Notes: generated from the letters alone by a model not told the origin. DNA of 64,000 nucleotides from Candidatus Magasanikbacteria bacterium RIFCSPHIGHO2_02_FULL_48_18 (GCA_001784285.1 MFQC01000008.1:90599-154598); one strand, 5' to 3'; shown: positions 9,324-20,190, counted from the stretch's first letter. Made by a program: numbers and translations.

Positions 9324-9400
9324 TGGTCGGAGTGAAAGGACTTGAACCTTCGGCCTTCTGGTCCCAAACCAGACGCTCTAGCCAACTGAGCTACACTCCG
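9324..9400 (-). tRNA. tRNA-Pro (anticodon TGG), CCA encoded
   Basis: Reverse complement gives CGGAGTGTAGCTCAGTTGGCTAGAGCG...CTGGTTTGGGACCAG...GGTTCAAGTCC...CACTCCGACCA, a cloverleaf with anticodon UGG. Confidence 0.85.
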
Positions 9401-9423
9401 AGAACAATAATTAGTCATCTTCG

Positions 9424-9495
<72 letters not shown>

Positions 9496-9499
9496 ATTG

Positions 9500-9572
9500 T
9501 GGACCAGAGGAGATTCGAACTCCTGACCTCCGCCGTGCAAGGGCGGCGCTCTACCAACTAAGCTACTGGCCC
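9500..9572 (-). tRNA. tRNA-Ala (anticodon TGC) with the G3:U70 identity pair
   Basis: Reverse complement gives GGGCCAGTAGCTTAGTTGGTAGAGCGCCGCCCTTGCACGGCGGAGGTCAGGAGTTCGAATCTCCTCTGGTCCA. The acceptor stem contains G3-U70. Confidence 0.9.
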
Positions 9573-9646
9573 TTTGTTTTCTCAATCACGAAAAAAATGC
9601 GAGACTATCATATCAATCCACCCCCTTTCTGTCAAGAAGAAATATC

Positions 9647-11386
9647 TTATTCAACGCCAACCGTAAATCGCAATTTCATTTCTTCTTTTTGTTCTTTGCG
9701 CAAAAGATCGAAACGCCTTTTGGTCCACGGTATTTCTTGCAAGACGCCGGAAATCCAGCTCCCTCCAAGGAGGTGAGGCATCATCACATAATCGGCTCCG
9801 GCGTGATACAGCTCTTCCAAGTAGGAATTATGATACAAATTTGCCACAATGCGCGTGCGTTTTGAACGATCGCGAATATATTTGATGAGCGTGAGTTGAT
9901 CGTCGGCCTCCGGAATGGTGGAAATGACAAGTTTTGCCTTCTCAAGCGGCAAGGACTCCAAAAATTCCACGTCCGCGGCGTCGCCAAAAAAAGCGGGAAT
10001 GCCGCGGCGATGCAACTTGGCAATGGCATCCGGATTAAAATCAATCACGCAAAATGATATTCGTTTTTGCTTCAATGCCTCGCATACTTTCCATCCGATA
10101 CGATGATATCCAAACACAAACACCTCAAAGATGTTTGTTTCGTCCTTTTCTTGTTGCGCATGATCTTTGCCAAACGCATTCAAAAATGGCATGACCTTGC
10201 GGTACAGCGCTTCGTTATATTCAATAAGGTAGGAAGAAATAATAATGGTGATGAGAGCGACAATGGTCAAAATCGCCAATTCCACGTCCTGAAGATAGCC
10301 AATTTCTTTTCCTTTAAAGGCGAGAATAAATCCAAATTCGCTGATTTGCGCGGCAGTGATGCCGGCAAGAAACGCGTTGCGCCGCGTATAATGGAGCCGC
10401 CGCATGACAAAGTACAAAATCAAAGGATCGGCGACAATCACAAACCCTGCCAAAATAAGTCCCGGGGCCAGTGCACGGCCAAGATCTGCGACCTGGAGTT
10501 CGCTTCCCAAAACAATAAAAAACAAAACAATAAAAAAATCCCGAAGCGGCCGAATACGGCTGCTAATCTGGCGCTGATATTGAGACGCTCCGAGCGAAAC
10601 ACCGGCAACCACGGCTCCGATTTCAATGCTAAAGCCCGACCAATACACCAGGCTTGCGATGCCAAAACACCAGGCGATGGTAAAGATGAACAGCAACTCG
10701 CCGGAACGCGCCACGCGATCCATCAAAAACGGCAATACAAATTTGGCCATGAGAATAACAACACCCACAAGCAGTATACCTTTCCCCAGCGTTTCCAAAA
10801 CCGAAAAGTACCATGACGCGCCCTGGGCCGACGACGTGTTGAGAAAAATCATGATGCAGACCGCAATAATATCTTGAATGAGGAGAAGCCCAATAATATA
10901 CCGCCCATAGACCGTCTCAAGATCTTTTTTTCCGGCCAATAGTTTAATAACAATGATGGTGCTCGAAAACGTGATGGCAACGGCGACAAAAAGGGATGAC
11001 ACAACAGAAAACCCCATAAACCGCATAAAGAAAAAACCCACGCTTGCGGTGATCAAAAATTGAAATGTGCCCCCGATAAAGACGGCCTTTCCAACTTTTT
11101 TGACATACTGCACATTCAAACTCAATCCGACAACAAACAACAACAGAACAATGCCGAGCTGGGCAAATGCCTCAAAAAACGCTTCATCTGCGTCAATGAC
11201 TCCCAAAAAAAGAGGGCCGGCAATAAGACCGGCGACAATATAGGCCACCATGAGAGGCTGGCGAAGCAACCGAACCACAAACGCAATGGAAACCGTGAGC
11301 CCGAGGAGAATGCTAATTTGAAGAAAGATATTATCAATCACAGACAAAAAAATACGCCGTTCGAAGGAAGTATACCAAAAAATCAT
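9647..11386 (-). CDS. Monovalent cation:proton antiporter (CPA2 / KefB-like) with a C-terminal TrkA-N/RCK domain
   Basis: An N-terminal ~12-TM Na+/H+ exchanger domain is followed by a Rossmann-like RCK domain (VFVFGYHRIGWKV...DAADVEFLESL). Confidence 0.85.
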   Translation of the reverse strand: MIFWYTSFERRIFLSVIDNIFLQISILLGLTVSIAFVVRLLRQPLMVAYIVAGLIAGPLFLGVIDADEAFFEAFAQLGIVLLLFVVGLSLNVQYVKKVGKAVFIGGTFQFLITASVGFFFMRFMGFSVVSSLFVAVAITFSSTIIVIKLLAGKKDLETVYGRYIIGLLLIQDIIAVCIMIFLNTSSAQGASWYFSVLETLGKGILLVGVVILMAKFVLPFLMDRVARSGELLFIFTIAWCFGIASLVYWSGFSIEIGAVVAGVSLGASQYQRQISSRIRPLRDFFIVLFFIVLGSELQVADLGRALAPGLILAGFVIVADPLILYFVMRRLHYTRRNAFLAGITAAQISEFGFILAFKGKEIGYLQDVELAILTIVALITIIISSYLIEYNEALYRKVMPFLNAFGKDHAQQEKDETNIFEVFVFGYHRIGWKVCEALKQKRISFCVIDFNPDAIAKLHRRGIPAFFGDAADVEFLESLPLEKAKLVISTIPEADDQLTLIKYIRDRSKRTRIVANLYHNSYLEELYHAGADYVMMPHLLGGSWISGVLQEIPWTKRRFDLLRKEQKEEMKLRFTVGVE

Positions 11387-11425
11387 TTCTCTGTCGTGAG
11401 ACAGGCGGTCTCTCGCGTCTTTTTC

Positions 11426-14400
11426 TCATTCGCGTTTTTTTCGTATGATGCCAAGAAATACGACCCCCGCGCCTTGTATGATCCGTTTTACCGCCGCACC
11501 TCGAAAATGCAAAACAGCCGCGAGACCAAGAGAAAGAACGCCGCTTGCCAGAGCCGTACCGTATGATGACCCGGCATCATTTCCCGGAGCAAATGTTTGA
11601 ACAGCCAAAAAATCTTCTGTCTTTTCTGCCGCTTCTTCTTCATCATAAAAATCAATATCATCCAAAGAGCGAGGGAGCAAACGATATCCGGATTTGGTTT
11701 GGCTCACAACGCCAACCACCGAAACCGATTGGCCCGCGCGGATGTCTTTTCGCACAATGCCGGTTTCTTTTTTGATTGCAACCACGATTTCTCCTGTACC
11801 GTCGTCTACAATAATCGTGGAGCCGTTGCTTTCGGTGACATCTCCTTCAACTCGCGCGAGTCCTCCTTCAAAGGTTTCACCAATGTCGATAATGGGAACC
11901 GCGTCCGGATTGGGCGGAGCGAGGACGCCAATTTTTTCAATATCCGTTTCCTCGGCCACTTTGATCCGCGTTTCTCCCTGGATCTCAGATAATTCTCCGG
12001 ACACATTCACCAAATCGCCAACCGCAAGCTCTGGAAATTTTTTTGCGTGTTGATACACCTGCACCCCGCCCTGCTGTACTCCGTCGGCGATATTCACATC
12101 CATAATATACAAATACTGCGATCCCAAAATACCGGGCAACACAATAACGACTCCCTGCACGCGCACGCGATCGCCAATCTCGTACTCACGAATTTGTTCG
12201 AGTGTGGTATCAATACCGGAAAGCGGCACCGGGCCGCCCGATACGTTTGAGTTTGACACAGAAACCGACTGAAATACATTTTTAAATTCCGGCGTACTCT
12301 CCATGGTCCATGACCATTTTCCGTTTTCATCTGCCGCGTAAGACGCGCCTTCGGGCGGGCGGTCATACAACACTTCCTCTGCAACCGATCCATCCGGAAA
12401 AAACAACCGAACCGCGTCGGCATCGTTGTTGAGCGCTATTTTTGTGTCTCTTCGCTCAAAAACGATGTAGGACAGCGGATCAATCATGGTTCCTTCGGGA
12501 AAGACATATACCTGCGATCCGCCGTCTTCGTCGTCCAGAGCAAACCCGGAAATATCAACGGTCGAGGTGGAAAAATTGGCAAGTTCAATAAATTCTTCTT
12601 CATCAGAACCAATAGGGTTGGGAAGAAATTCGGAAATATGAACCATTACAGAAAATGAACTGGACGACTGCTGTTCACTCTTTGAAGAAATGCTCTTTTC
12701 TGCCGGTTGCGCTATTGAAAAAACATTTGATTTTCCCGGCGTCGGCGTTGCTGTCCAAAGCCACTCGTCGTCCGTATCAATGGAATAACTTTGCGCTTCC
12801 GGCGCAGGCCCGGAATACGCAACCGATTGAGCAATTACTCCTGTCGGTGACCGCAGACTAACCGTATCGCCGTCCCCATTATTGAGCACAATGCCGGTGA
12901 TATCGTTCGACAGAAGCAAAAAACTTTTTGCCGCAATGGTGGTTGTGGAAAAAGAAAATAATTTTCCCGATGCATCAACCAATGACCACCCGGAAAGATT
13001 TGCCGCCGCGGATGATGGATTATACAATTCAATAAATTCTTGCCCGCTGTCGTTGCCGTGCGGGTTGGGAAAAACTTCGCTCATAATGACCGGAGTTGTG
13101 GACGCCGCGGCGGTAGGGATAGATAAGAGAGACGGCGACGCCGTTGGCAAAATAACGATATTGACTGACCCCTTGGTAACAATGGTTGTCACGGCAAAAT
13201 CCGCGCTATCGGCATTGGTATCTTTTCCATCTCCAATACGAGCCAAGCTCCAGGGGTCGTCTGCTTTTGGCGCGTTATCCGACACATTCCCGTCATTCCA
13301 TGATCCGTAACAAACCCGGTCAATTTCTTTCCCGGTCGGATCCATAAGTCGAAGCAAATCGCCGGCATTATTCAAGCTTCCTTTCGGCTCTGCAAGAACA
13401 AAAAATTCATGCCCCCCAACCGAACCCTTCAACAGTGTTTTTGCCGTGCTTCCGTCTTCAGCCCACCAGCCATCGAGCATAATCGCCGCATTGTTTGGAT
13501 TATAAAATTCGACAAATTCTTCAGCTCCGTCCGCGGGATCGGACACCAATTCATTAATACGAATATCTCCAGGCTGAAAGCTGACTATATTCCCGAGAGA
13601 TCCGGTATTCCCCGAAGCGGGCGGTGGATTTTGCGCCGGAGATTCTAAATTTGTTTGCGGCGGGGCCACAATACTATTTGGCGCGCCCTTGGTCGGCGTT
13701 GTCGTGATGGCAAAGTCGGCTGAGTCGTTATTGGTATCCGCGCCATCCGCAATGCGGGCAACCGAATACGGATCGCCCGCGACCGGCGCAGTGACTGCTG
13801 TTGAAGATGCCACGTCCCCGAACACGCCATACGTCACGCTATCCGCCACCATTCCGCTTGGATCGGTAAACTGAATGCTGTCGCCCGCATTATTGAGCTT
13901 ATTGAACATTTCAAAAACGACAAATCCATTTCCTTCAATGGTCGTGGTCGGCGAGACAAGAACGCCGGCGCCATCGTGAATTTGCCATCCTATAAGGTCG
14001 GCGTCCGATGTTCCGGTATTGTATAGTTCAATCCATTCTTTTTCTCCGGATACGGGGTCGGAAACAAATTCATTGATGATAATAGCGGGAACGCCTTTAC
14101 TCGCCTCGCCACCATCAGCCGTGTCGGCGGGCGTACTTTCTTTTTTTGGCAATAATTGGGGCTTCCCGTATACGACCAAATTTTTTGACGCGACAGCCAT
14201 CGCGCCATGAACGTCACTCACCATAAGAGTCGCGACTATTTTGGCTGAGACGGAAAAAGTGTGAAAGACCGTACCCCCGCTGTCCTTTTGTCCATCGCCA
14301 AAATCCCAAGCGTATGAAAGCGCATCGCCGTCCGGATCGGTTGATGCGGACGCGTTGAAAAGAACAGGGTGATCCACCAAAAGAAGGCTTGGATACACGG

Positions 14401-15151
14401 AAAAAGAAGCGGCCGGCGGCTGATTGGCCAAAATCGGATCATTCGGCGCGTCCTGAAGAGGCGGTTCTTCAGCCGGTTCCGCCGTATTTTGCGGCAAAGA
14501 CCCGGGGTCGGCCTGGGGGGCTGGTTCGGATGCCGGAGCCTCTTCAGGTTTGGTCTCTTCGGGCGGAGATTCGGATTGAGATTCTGCCGTCCAATAGTTT
14601 ATATCCCCCACAGTCGCCCCCGAAGGATGTTCTTTCCAATTTTGTGCGGAATAATCCGCCAAAGAAAGATCAATTCGCTCAAGCGACCCATTTCCTGTTA
14701 TGCCCATATATGAAAATACTTCAATAAACGCGTTACTTCCCACGCCGGACTTGAGACCGATTTCTTCTCCGGTTTTTTTCAATCCAGTTGTCCAGGAGCT
14801 GTCAAAAACCGTTACGGTTTGATTGGTTGGGTATGCGGTCAAAAATGCCTGGCTGTTTTCTGCAATCAGCGCATATTCGCCGGGGTCGAGCGTGGCGTCA
14901 TTGCCTTGTACAAGGGTAAGGCTGTGATTTGTTTGATCTTCCCAAAATTTCCAGCCGTTTATGTCAACCGGCGCTCCACCGATATTGACAATCTCGATCC
15001 ATTGTTCGCTTTTTTGCGCGACGCAGGCGGTGGGACAAATTTCGGTAATCACGACCCCTTGTCCGTCTCCTCTTGCCAAAGACGGAAATAAAAAAACACT
15101 CCCGAGGATGACAAACCCAAAGAGTGTATTCAAAAACGAATGCGTTTTCAT
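11426..15151 (-). CDS. Large secreted protein with 5 lamin-tail domains (LTD), a PKD domain, a C-terminal OB-fold and a C-terminal TM anchor
   Basis: Signal peptide MKTHSFLNTLFGFVILGSVFLFPSLA. Five LTD-like repeats (ITEICPT...EWIEIVNIGG..NGWKF; INEFVSDP..EWIELYNTG..IGWQI; INELVSDP..EFVEFYNP..DGWW; SEVFPNP..EFIELYNPS..SGWSL; SEFLPNP..EFIELANFS..SGFAL). PKD-like ASASTDPDGDALSYAWDFGDG. C-terminal OB-fold-like segment and a hydrophobic tail. Confidence 0.8.
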   Translation of the reverse strand: MKTHSFLNTLFGFVILGSVFLFPSLARGDGQGVVITEICPTACVAQKSEQWIEIVNIGGAPVDINGWKFWEDQTNHSLTLVQGNDATLDPGEYALIAENSQAFLTAYPTNQTVTVFDSSWTTGLKKTGEEIGLKSGVGSNAFIEVFSYMGITGNGSLERIDLSLADYSAQNWKEHPSGATVGDINYWTAESQSESPPEETKPEEAPASEPAPQADPGSLPQNTAEPAEEPPLQDAPNDPILANQPPAASFSVYPSLLLVDHPVLFNASASTDPDGDALSYAWDFGDGQKDSGGTVFHTFSVSAKIVATLMVSDVHGAMAVASKNLVVYGKPQLLPKKESTPADTADGGEASKGVPAIIINEFVSDPVSGEKEWIELYNTGTSDADLIGWQIHDGAGVLVSPTTTIEGNGFVVFEMFNKLNNAGDSIQFTDPSGMVADSVTYGVFGDVASSTAVTAPVAGDPYSVARIADGADTNNDSADFAITTTPTKGAPNSIVAPPQTNLESPAQNPPPASGNTGSLGNIVSFQPGDIRINELVSDPADGAEEFVEFYNPNNAAIMLDGWWAEDGSTAKTLLKGSVGGHEFFVLAEPKGSLNNAGDLLRLMDPTGKEIDRVCYGSWNDGNVSDNAPKADDPWSLARIGDGKDTNADSADFAVTTIVTKGSVNIVILPTASPSLLSIPTAAASTTPVIMSEVFPNPHGNDSGQEFIELYNPSSAAANLSGWSLVDASGKLFSFSTTTIAAKSFLLLSNDITGIVLNNGDGDTVSLRSPTGVIAQSVAYSGPAPEAQSYSIDTDDEWLWTATPTPGKSNVFSIAQPAEKSISSKSEQQSSSSFSVMVHISEFLPNPIGSDEEEFIELANFSTSTVDISGFALDDEDGGSQVYVFPEGTMIDPLSYIVFERRDTKIALNNDADAVRLFFPDGSVAEEVLYDRPPEGASYAADENGKWSWTMESTPEFKNVFQSVSVSNSNVSGGPVPLSGIDTTLEQIREYEIGDRVRVQGVVIVLPGILGSQYLYIMDVNIADGVQQGGVQVYQHAKKFPELAVGDLVNVSGELSEIQGETRIKVAEETDIEKIGVLAPPNPDAVPIIDIGETFEGGLARVEGDVTESNGSTIIVDDGTGEIVVAIKKETGIVRKDIRAGQSVSVVGVVSQTKSGYRLLPRSLDDIDFYDEEEAAEKTEDFLAVQTFAPGNDAGSSYGTALASGVLSLGLAAVLHFRGAAVKRIIQGAGVVFLGIIRKKRE

Positions 15152-15248
15152 ATCCCCCCTTGTTAAAAATGAAAATGAAACAATGTTCTTTCTCTATTGT
15201 ATACAAATTTTCCGCACTGTCCACCAAAACACCTGTGGACAATTACGT

Positions 15249-15815
15249 TTAAAATATCTCCATCTCCACCCACTTCACGCCAAGTTTTTTTGCCTCTTCT
15301 TTAGTATCCACCAAGACATCAATGCGCGCCTGGCCGTTGTATCGAGCGTTCATGCGGTCGCGCACAACCAGCATCTTATCGCCGGTCAATTCCGGCAATC
15401 GAACTGCAGTGCCAAAGCGCAAAAAATTGGCGGCAATGGTATTGTGGAATCCGGTTTTTTCGCGAAGCGCGCAGAGGTCCTCTCCATTTGCCGGAATACA
15501 CGGAGTCGCGTCCGTTTGGGCGGGATCCAACGAATAAAAGGTCGCCAAGACCCACATGGTTCGACGCGGCTTTCGCTCTTCGGCAACTGGAAATGTTTCC
15601 TTTGGCGCCTGTTCGGTTTCATTTTGCAACAAGAAAGAAACCCCCTGTGTCAGTGGATATTCCTCAAATGAGGACAATACATTGACCACCACTTCTTTCG
15701 TCGATGCATCAACCGCCTGGGTTGGCACCATAGCCACGATCACAGAGAAGACAAGACCCAGGGCGACAACTTGTTCAAATATGGTATATATATTTTGTTT
15801 TTTGAGTATCATCAT
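15249..15815 (-). CDS. RlpA-like / 3D-domain (double-psi beta-barrel) cell-wall-binding protein with N-terminal TM anchor
   Basis: C-terminal region TFYSLDPAQTDATPCIPANGEDL...TIAANFLRFGTAVRLPELTGDKMLVVRDRMNARYNGQARIDVLVD resembles RlpA/MltA 3D-domain barrels. Confidence 0.6.
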   Translation of the reverse strand: MMILKKQNIYTIFEQVVALGLVFSVIVAMVPTQAVDASTKEVVVNVLSSFEEYPLTQGVSFLLQNETEQAPKETFPVAEERKPRRTMWVLATFYSLDPAQTDATPCIPANGEDLCALREKTGFHNTIAANFLRFGTAVRLPELTGDKMLVVRDRMNARYNGQARIDVLVDTKEEAKKLGVKWVEMEIF

Positions 15816-15991
15816 AGAAATATGGCCTGTTCATTCCGTCAGAGCTGTTGAAATACCATACCCTAGGAAAACCTAGGGTAGAAAGCACAAAATAGTGCGG
15901 CGTCATAATAGCATGCTGACGATCGTTTGTCAATATGATACAATACTATTATTGGCTGAAAAGGATAAGTTTTTGGCTAAAATAAGCAAAT

Positions 15992-18900
15992 ATGCCAATT
16001 CCGCATTTACAAAGAAGAACCTACGGTTACACCGATCCGGAGAAAAAAAAGCAGACAAGAATCTACGGCGAGGAACAACCCGAGCCGCGCCCAAAAATCA
16101 GCCGCCGCCGACGGTCAAAAACCATATTTTGGTGGTTTGGGTTGCCATTTCTCATCACTTGGCGCATTCTTTCCTTTCTTTTTGGTCTTTGGAAAAAACA
16201 TCCACGACTCAAAAAACAAACAAAACGGGCGCTCAGAAGACGCGTCCTGCGCGCCGCCGTCATTCTCACGATTGTTGGCTTTATTGTTGGAACAGGGCTT
16301 GTCGCATGGATAAGCCGGGATCTTCCCGACCCCGATCGCTTGTCCGATATCAACATCGCGCAGAGCACCAAAATATACGACCGCACCGGAGAACACCTCC
16401 TATATGAAATTTTTGCGAAAGAAAAACGGACCATCGTTGAAATGGATCAAATTCCCCAATATCTTATTGACGCGGTGGTGGCGACAGAAGACAAAAAATT
16501 TTTTGAACACCGTGGCGTGCGCCCTCTCAGCATGATTCGCGCCGTCGCCCAAGGAATTTTCACCAGAAAACGCATCAGCGCAACGTCCACCCTCACCCAA
16601 CAGTTGGTTAAAAACGTCATTCTCACGGACGAACGATCGCTCCAAAGAAAAATCAAAGAAATCATCCTCGCGATTCGTCTCGAACAAAAATATACCAAAA
16701 CACAAATACTCAAAATCTATTTTAACGCCATTCCATACGGATCAACCAACTATGGCGTCGAAGCCGCGGCCCAAAGCTATTTTGGAAAACACGTGAAAGA
16801 TATCACTCTTTCAGAGGCCGCCACACTCGCGGGGTTGCCCAAGGCGCCCACCTCGTATCTCAACAATCCGGACGCGCTCATCCGGCGAAGGAATTTTGTT
16901 CTTTTCCGAATGGAAGAAGAAAGATACATCACAAAAGGACAAAAGGAGGCCGCACAACAAGAACCGCTCGAAATCAAACAACGATACGACAATATTGACG
17001 CCCCGCATTTCGTGCTCTATGTGAGAGAATTGTTGGTGAAAGAATTTGGAGAACAATTGGTGGATACAGGCGGCCTCAAAGTGCAAACCACGCTGAATTG
17101 GGATCTCCAACACATTGCGGAAACTGTCATGGAAGAAACCGGAAACATTGTCCTCCCGGAGGCCGGCGCCAACAACTCGGCATTGGTCGCGATTGACCCA
17201 AAAACCGGAGAAGTGTTGGCCATGATCGGGTCCAAAGACTTTTTTGACGAATCCATTGATGGACAATTTAATGTGGCCGCTCACGGCAAGCGGCAACCCG
17301 GATCCTCATTCAAACCGGTGATATATGCCGCCGCATTTGAAAAGGGGTACACGCCGGAAACGGTGCTGTTTGACGTGGCAACCAATTTTGCGGTTTCCGG
17401 AAAACCGTACAAACCGCTCAACTTTGATTTGCAGGAACGGGGTCCGGTGACGATTCGCCAGGCGCTCCAAGGATCGCTAAATATTCCCGCAGTCAAAACA
17501 TTCTACCTGGTCGGAGAAAAAAACGGCATAGACTTTGCAAAACGGCTCGGCTATACCACATTTGACGAAGGAAATTTTGGGCTGTCTCTTGTTCTGGGCG
17601 GCGGCGAGGTGCGTTTGATTGAACATGTCAACGCATTTGCCACCTTTGCCAACTATGGAATGCACCACGAACCAACCACCATCCTTCGAGTGGAAAATGC
17701 CAAAGGCGACACGTTGAAAGAATGGAAAAATAAAAAAGGGGAGCGCGTCCTTGATCCGAACATCGCAAAAACCATAACCAATATATTAAGCGACGACCCT
17801 GCTCGAGCGTATATTTTTGGAGCGGGCGGTATGCTCACTCTCCCGGGGCGTCCGGTCGCGGCCAAAACAGGAACCACGAATAATTATGTTGACGCGTGGA
17901 CCGTTGGGTACACCCCGAGCCTTGCCGCGGGCGTATGGGCGGGCAATACCAACAACAGCCCCATGAAAAAAGGACACGGCGGAAACAGGGTAGCCGGAGA
18001 GCTGTGGAACGCATTTATGAAACAAGCGCTTGCCAACACTCCTGTCGAATCATTCGAGCCGCCCACGCCGTCGAATACCGACAAACCCGTCCTCAAGGGG
18101 AACAGCGGAGGCGCCATTACGCTTTTGGTTGACAAAGTCACAGGAAAAATCGCCACGAGTTCAACACCGGAAAAATATCTTGTTGAAAAAACCTATATCC
18201 AACCTCATTCCATTTTGCATTATGTCAATAAGGATGACCCGCAGGGGCCGCTGCCAGAAGACCCGGCCCAAGATTCTCAATATGCCGGATGGGAGATGGC
18301 GATACAGGAATGGATTGCCCGAAAAAAAGAAAAGGAGCCGGATTGGGATCTGAGTTTTGAAGAGCCGCCAACCGAATATGACGATCTTCATTCTTTGGAG
18401 CTTATCCCGACGCTCACCGTGATCTCTCCTGCGCCAGGAACGAGTTTTTCAACGCGACATATTGAAGCCCGCATAGAGGTCAGCGCTCCACGAGGCGTCT
18501 CTCGCGTGCTCTACAAGCTCGACAACACCTTTATTGCGGTCGTTGACGAGCATCCGTTCGCCCTCAGCTATGAGGCAGACACCATTGAATCAGGAGAACA
18601 CACGCTCACGATTATTGTGGAAGACGACGTGGGAAATCATGTGGAAGAAACCGTTCCTATTCTCTTTGATGTGGGAACGCTGATTCCGTCGGTTTCGTGG
18701 TCGGTTCCCATTGACACTCTTGCAGTAAACCAATTCCCGATAACCCTTTCTCTTGTTCCGACAAAAACAGAAGATATTATAGCGGTGTCTGTCTTCTTCC
18801 AGCCTTCGGACGGAAGCGGAGAAAAAAAACTGCTGTACACGACGAACGACCTTGCCAATCTGTTCAATAATCAAATTGCTTTTGTCTGGCCCGATGCCCC

Positions 18901-18994
18901 TGCCCCAGGGTCATGGTCGCTCACGACCCAAATCAACCTCAAAGAAGGCGCCGTTCTTTCCGGAGATTCACACACCATTATTGTGAAAGAATAA
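15992..18994 (+). CDS. Penicillin-binding protein 1A (bifunctional transglycosylase/transpeptidase) with a C-terminal Ig-like extension
   Basis: GT51 motifs EDKKFFEHRGV and TLTQQLVKN, transpeptidase motifs SSFKP, SLN and KTGTT, and an N-terminal TM anchor. Confidence 0.9.
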   Translation: MPIPHLQRRTYGYTDPEKKKQTRIYGEEQPEPRPKISRRRRSKTIFWWFGLPFLITWRILSFLFGLWKKHPRLKKQTKRALRRRVLRAAVILTIVGFIVGTGLVAWISRDLPDPDRLSDINIAQSTKIYDRTGEHLLYEIFAKEKRTIVEMDQIPQYLIDAVVATEDKKFFEHRGVRPLSMIRAVAQGIFTRKRISATSTLTQQLVKNVILTDERSLQRKIKEIILAIRLEQKYTKTQILKIYFNAIPYGSTNYGVEAAAQSYFGKHVKDITLSEAATLAGLPKAPTSYLNNPDALIRRRNFVLFRMEEERYITKGQKEAAQQEPLEIKQRYDNIDAPHFVLYVRELLVKEFGEQLVDTGGLKVQTTLNWDLQHIAETVMEETGNIVLPEAGANNSALVAIDPKTGEVLAMIGSKDFFDESIDGQFNVAAHGKRQPGSSFKPVIYAAAFEKGYTPETVLFDVATNFAVSGKPYKPLNFDLQERGPVTIRQALQGSLNIPAVKTFYLVGEKNGIDFAKRLGYTTFDEGNFGLSLVLGGGEVRLIEHVNAFATFANYGMHHEPTTILRVENAKGDTLKEWKNKKGERVLDPNIAKTITNILSDDPARAYIFGAGGMLTLPGRPVAAKTGTTNNYVDAWTVGYTPSLAAGVWAGNTNNSPMKKGHGGNRVAGELWNAFMKQALANTPVESFEPPTPSNTDKPVLKGNSGGAITLLVDKVTGKIATSSTPEKYLVEKTYIQPHSILHYVNKDDPQGPLPEDPAQDSQYAGWEMAIQEWIARKKEKEPDWDLSFEEPPTEYDDLHSLELIPTLTVISPAPGTSFSTRHIEARIEVSAPRGVSRVLYKLDNTFIAVVDEHPFALSYEADTIESGEHTLTIIVEDDVGNHVEETVPILFDVGTLIPSVSWSVPIDTLAVNQFPITLSLVPTKTEDIIAVSVFFQPSDGSGEKKLLYTTNDLANLFNNQIAFVWPDAPAPGSWSLTTQINLKEGAVLSGDSHTIIVKE

Positions 18995-19032
18995 AAAGAG
19001 CCCCGATGGCTATCGGGGTTCTTTTTTGGATG
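18995..19032. terminator. Bidirectional terminator hairpin between PBP1A and dnaN
   Basis: AAAAAGAGCCCCGATGGCTATCGGGGTTCTTTTTTGG: a GC stem flanked by an A-run and a T-run. Confidence 0.7.
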
Positions 19033-19059
19033 AATTTTGACGAACGCGCGGCAAAAAAA

Positions 19060-20190
19060 TTATTGCCGGATAGGCATGACGATATACACATAGTCGTGCG
19101 ATGATTTTGGACGAAACAAACAGGGCGACTCAGCACTATTCACACAAAACTCAACGTCCCCGTCACCCATGTGCTGGACGCCGTCGATAACATACTTATG
19201 ATTGAGCAGAATTGAATTTTCTTCTCCCCGAACGTCCGCGTCAATTTCCGAGGTGTGCTCTCCGGTCTGGGTGCTGGTAGACGAAATACCAACCGTTTTT
19301 TCTTCCACATTCAAATCAAACGCAACCGCGTTCACTCCGGTTGTGGTAAATAAACTTGCCGCCTTGATTCGTTTGATAAAAACATCGGCCGGAAACGTTG
19401 CCGTCGTTTTGAACGAGGCTGGAATAATTTGTTCGTAATCCGGATACGCGCCGTCAATGAGCCGGCTCACCATTTCGCACTGCTCAAACCGAAGCGCTAT
19501 CTGATTGGCGCTCACAAACAAATGGATATCTTGTTCTCCCCCATCTTCCTTGAGGACCAGCAAAAGACGAATCATCTCGGATGCTGTTTTTGCCGGGACA
19601 ATGCAGTTGACGGCGTTTGTGCCCTGAGACACCACAGCGCGCTTTTCCGCCAGCCGATACGAGTCTGTCGCGGCCAAAAGCAATCCATCGTATGATGGAG
19701 AAAAAAAACGGAAACAGATGCCGGACAATTCCGGCCGAATTTCATTTTTTGCAACAGCCACAATCGTTTTTGCAAGAGCATCGCGATACAGGCTTGCGTT
19801 TATTTGATATTCAGTGCCCTCTTCAATGTGCGGTATCACCGGAAATTCCTCGGCGCTTGTTCCTTTTATTTTTGTGCTCGAGTTTCCGCAGGTGAGATGC
19901 AGTTCGTTATCGCGGAGTTCCAAAACAACCTGCTCCTCCAAAAGAAGCCGCACAAAGTCGGTAATCGTTTTTGCTGGCACGGTAAACGATCCCTCTTGTT
20001 CAATCTTTGCCCGAACCGTCATGTGTATTGCAATCTCAAGATCGGTCGCAATAAGCGCCACGCGGGACGCTGTTGCCTCAATAAAAATATTGGAAAGAAT
20101 GGGAAGATGGCTTTGTCTGTTCGCAACACCGCTCACCCCATCGAGAGCATGGGAAAGGTTTTCCCTTGTGCACGTAAACTTCATAATCAA
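19060..20190 (-). CDS. dnaN: DNA polymerase III beta subunit (sliding clamp)
   Basis: 376 aa with N-terminus MKFTCTRENLSHALDGVSGVANRQSHLPILSNIFIEA, typical of DnaN, located immediately downstream of dnaA. Confidence 0.9.
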   Translation of the reverse strand: MIMKFTCTRENLSHALDGVSGVANRQSHLPILSNIFIEATASRVALIATDLEIAIHMTVRAKIEQEGSFTVPAKTITDFVRLLLEEQVVLELRDNELHLTCGNSSTKIKGTSAEEFPVIPHIEEGTEYQINASLYRDALAKTIVAVAKNEIRPELSGICFRFFSPSYDGLLLAATDSYRLAEKRAVVSQGTNAVNCIVPAKTASEMIRLLLVLKEDGGEQDIHLFVSANQIALRFEQCEMVSRLIDGAYPDYEQIIPASFKTTATFPADVFIKRIKAASLFTTTGVNAVAFDLNVEEKTVGISSTSTQTGEHTSEIDADVRGEENSILLNHKYVIDGVQHMGDGDVEFCVNSAESPCLFRPKSSHDYVYIVMPIRQ

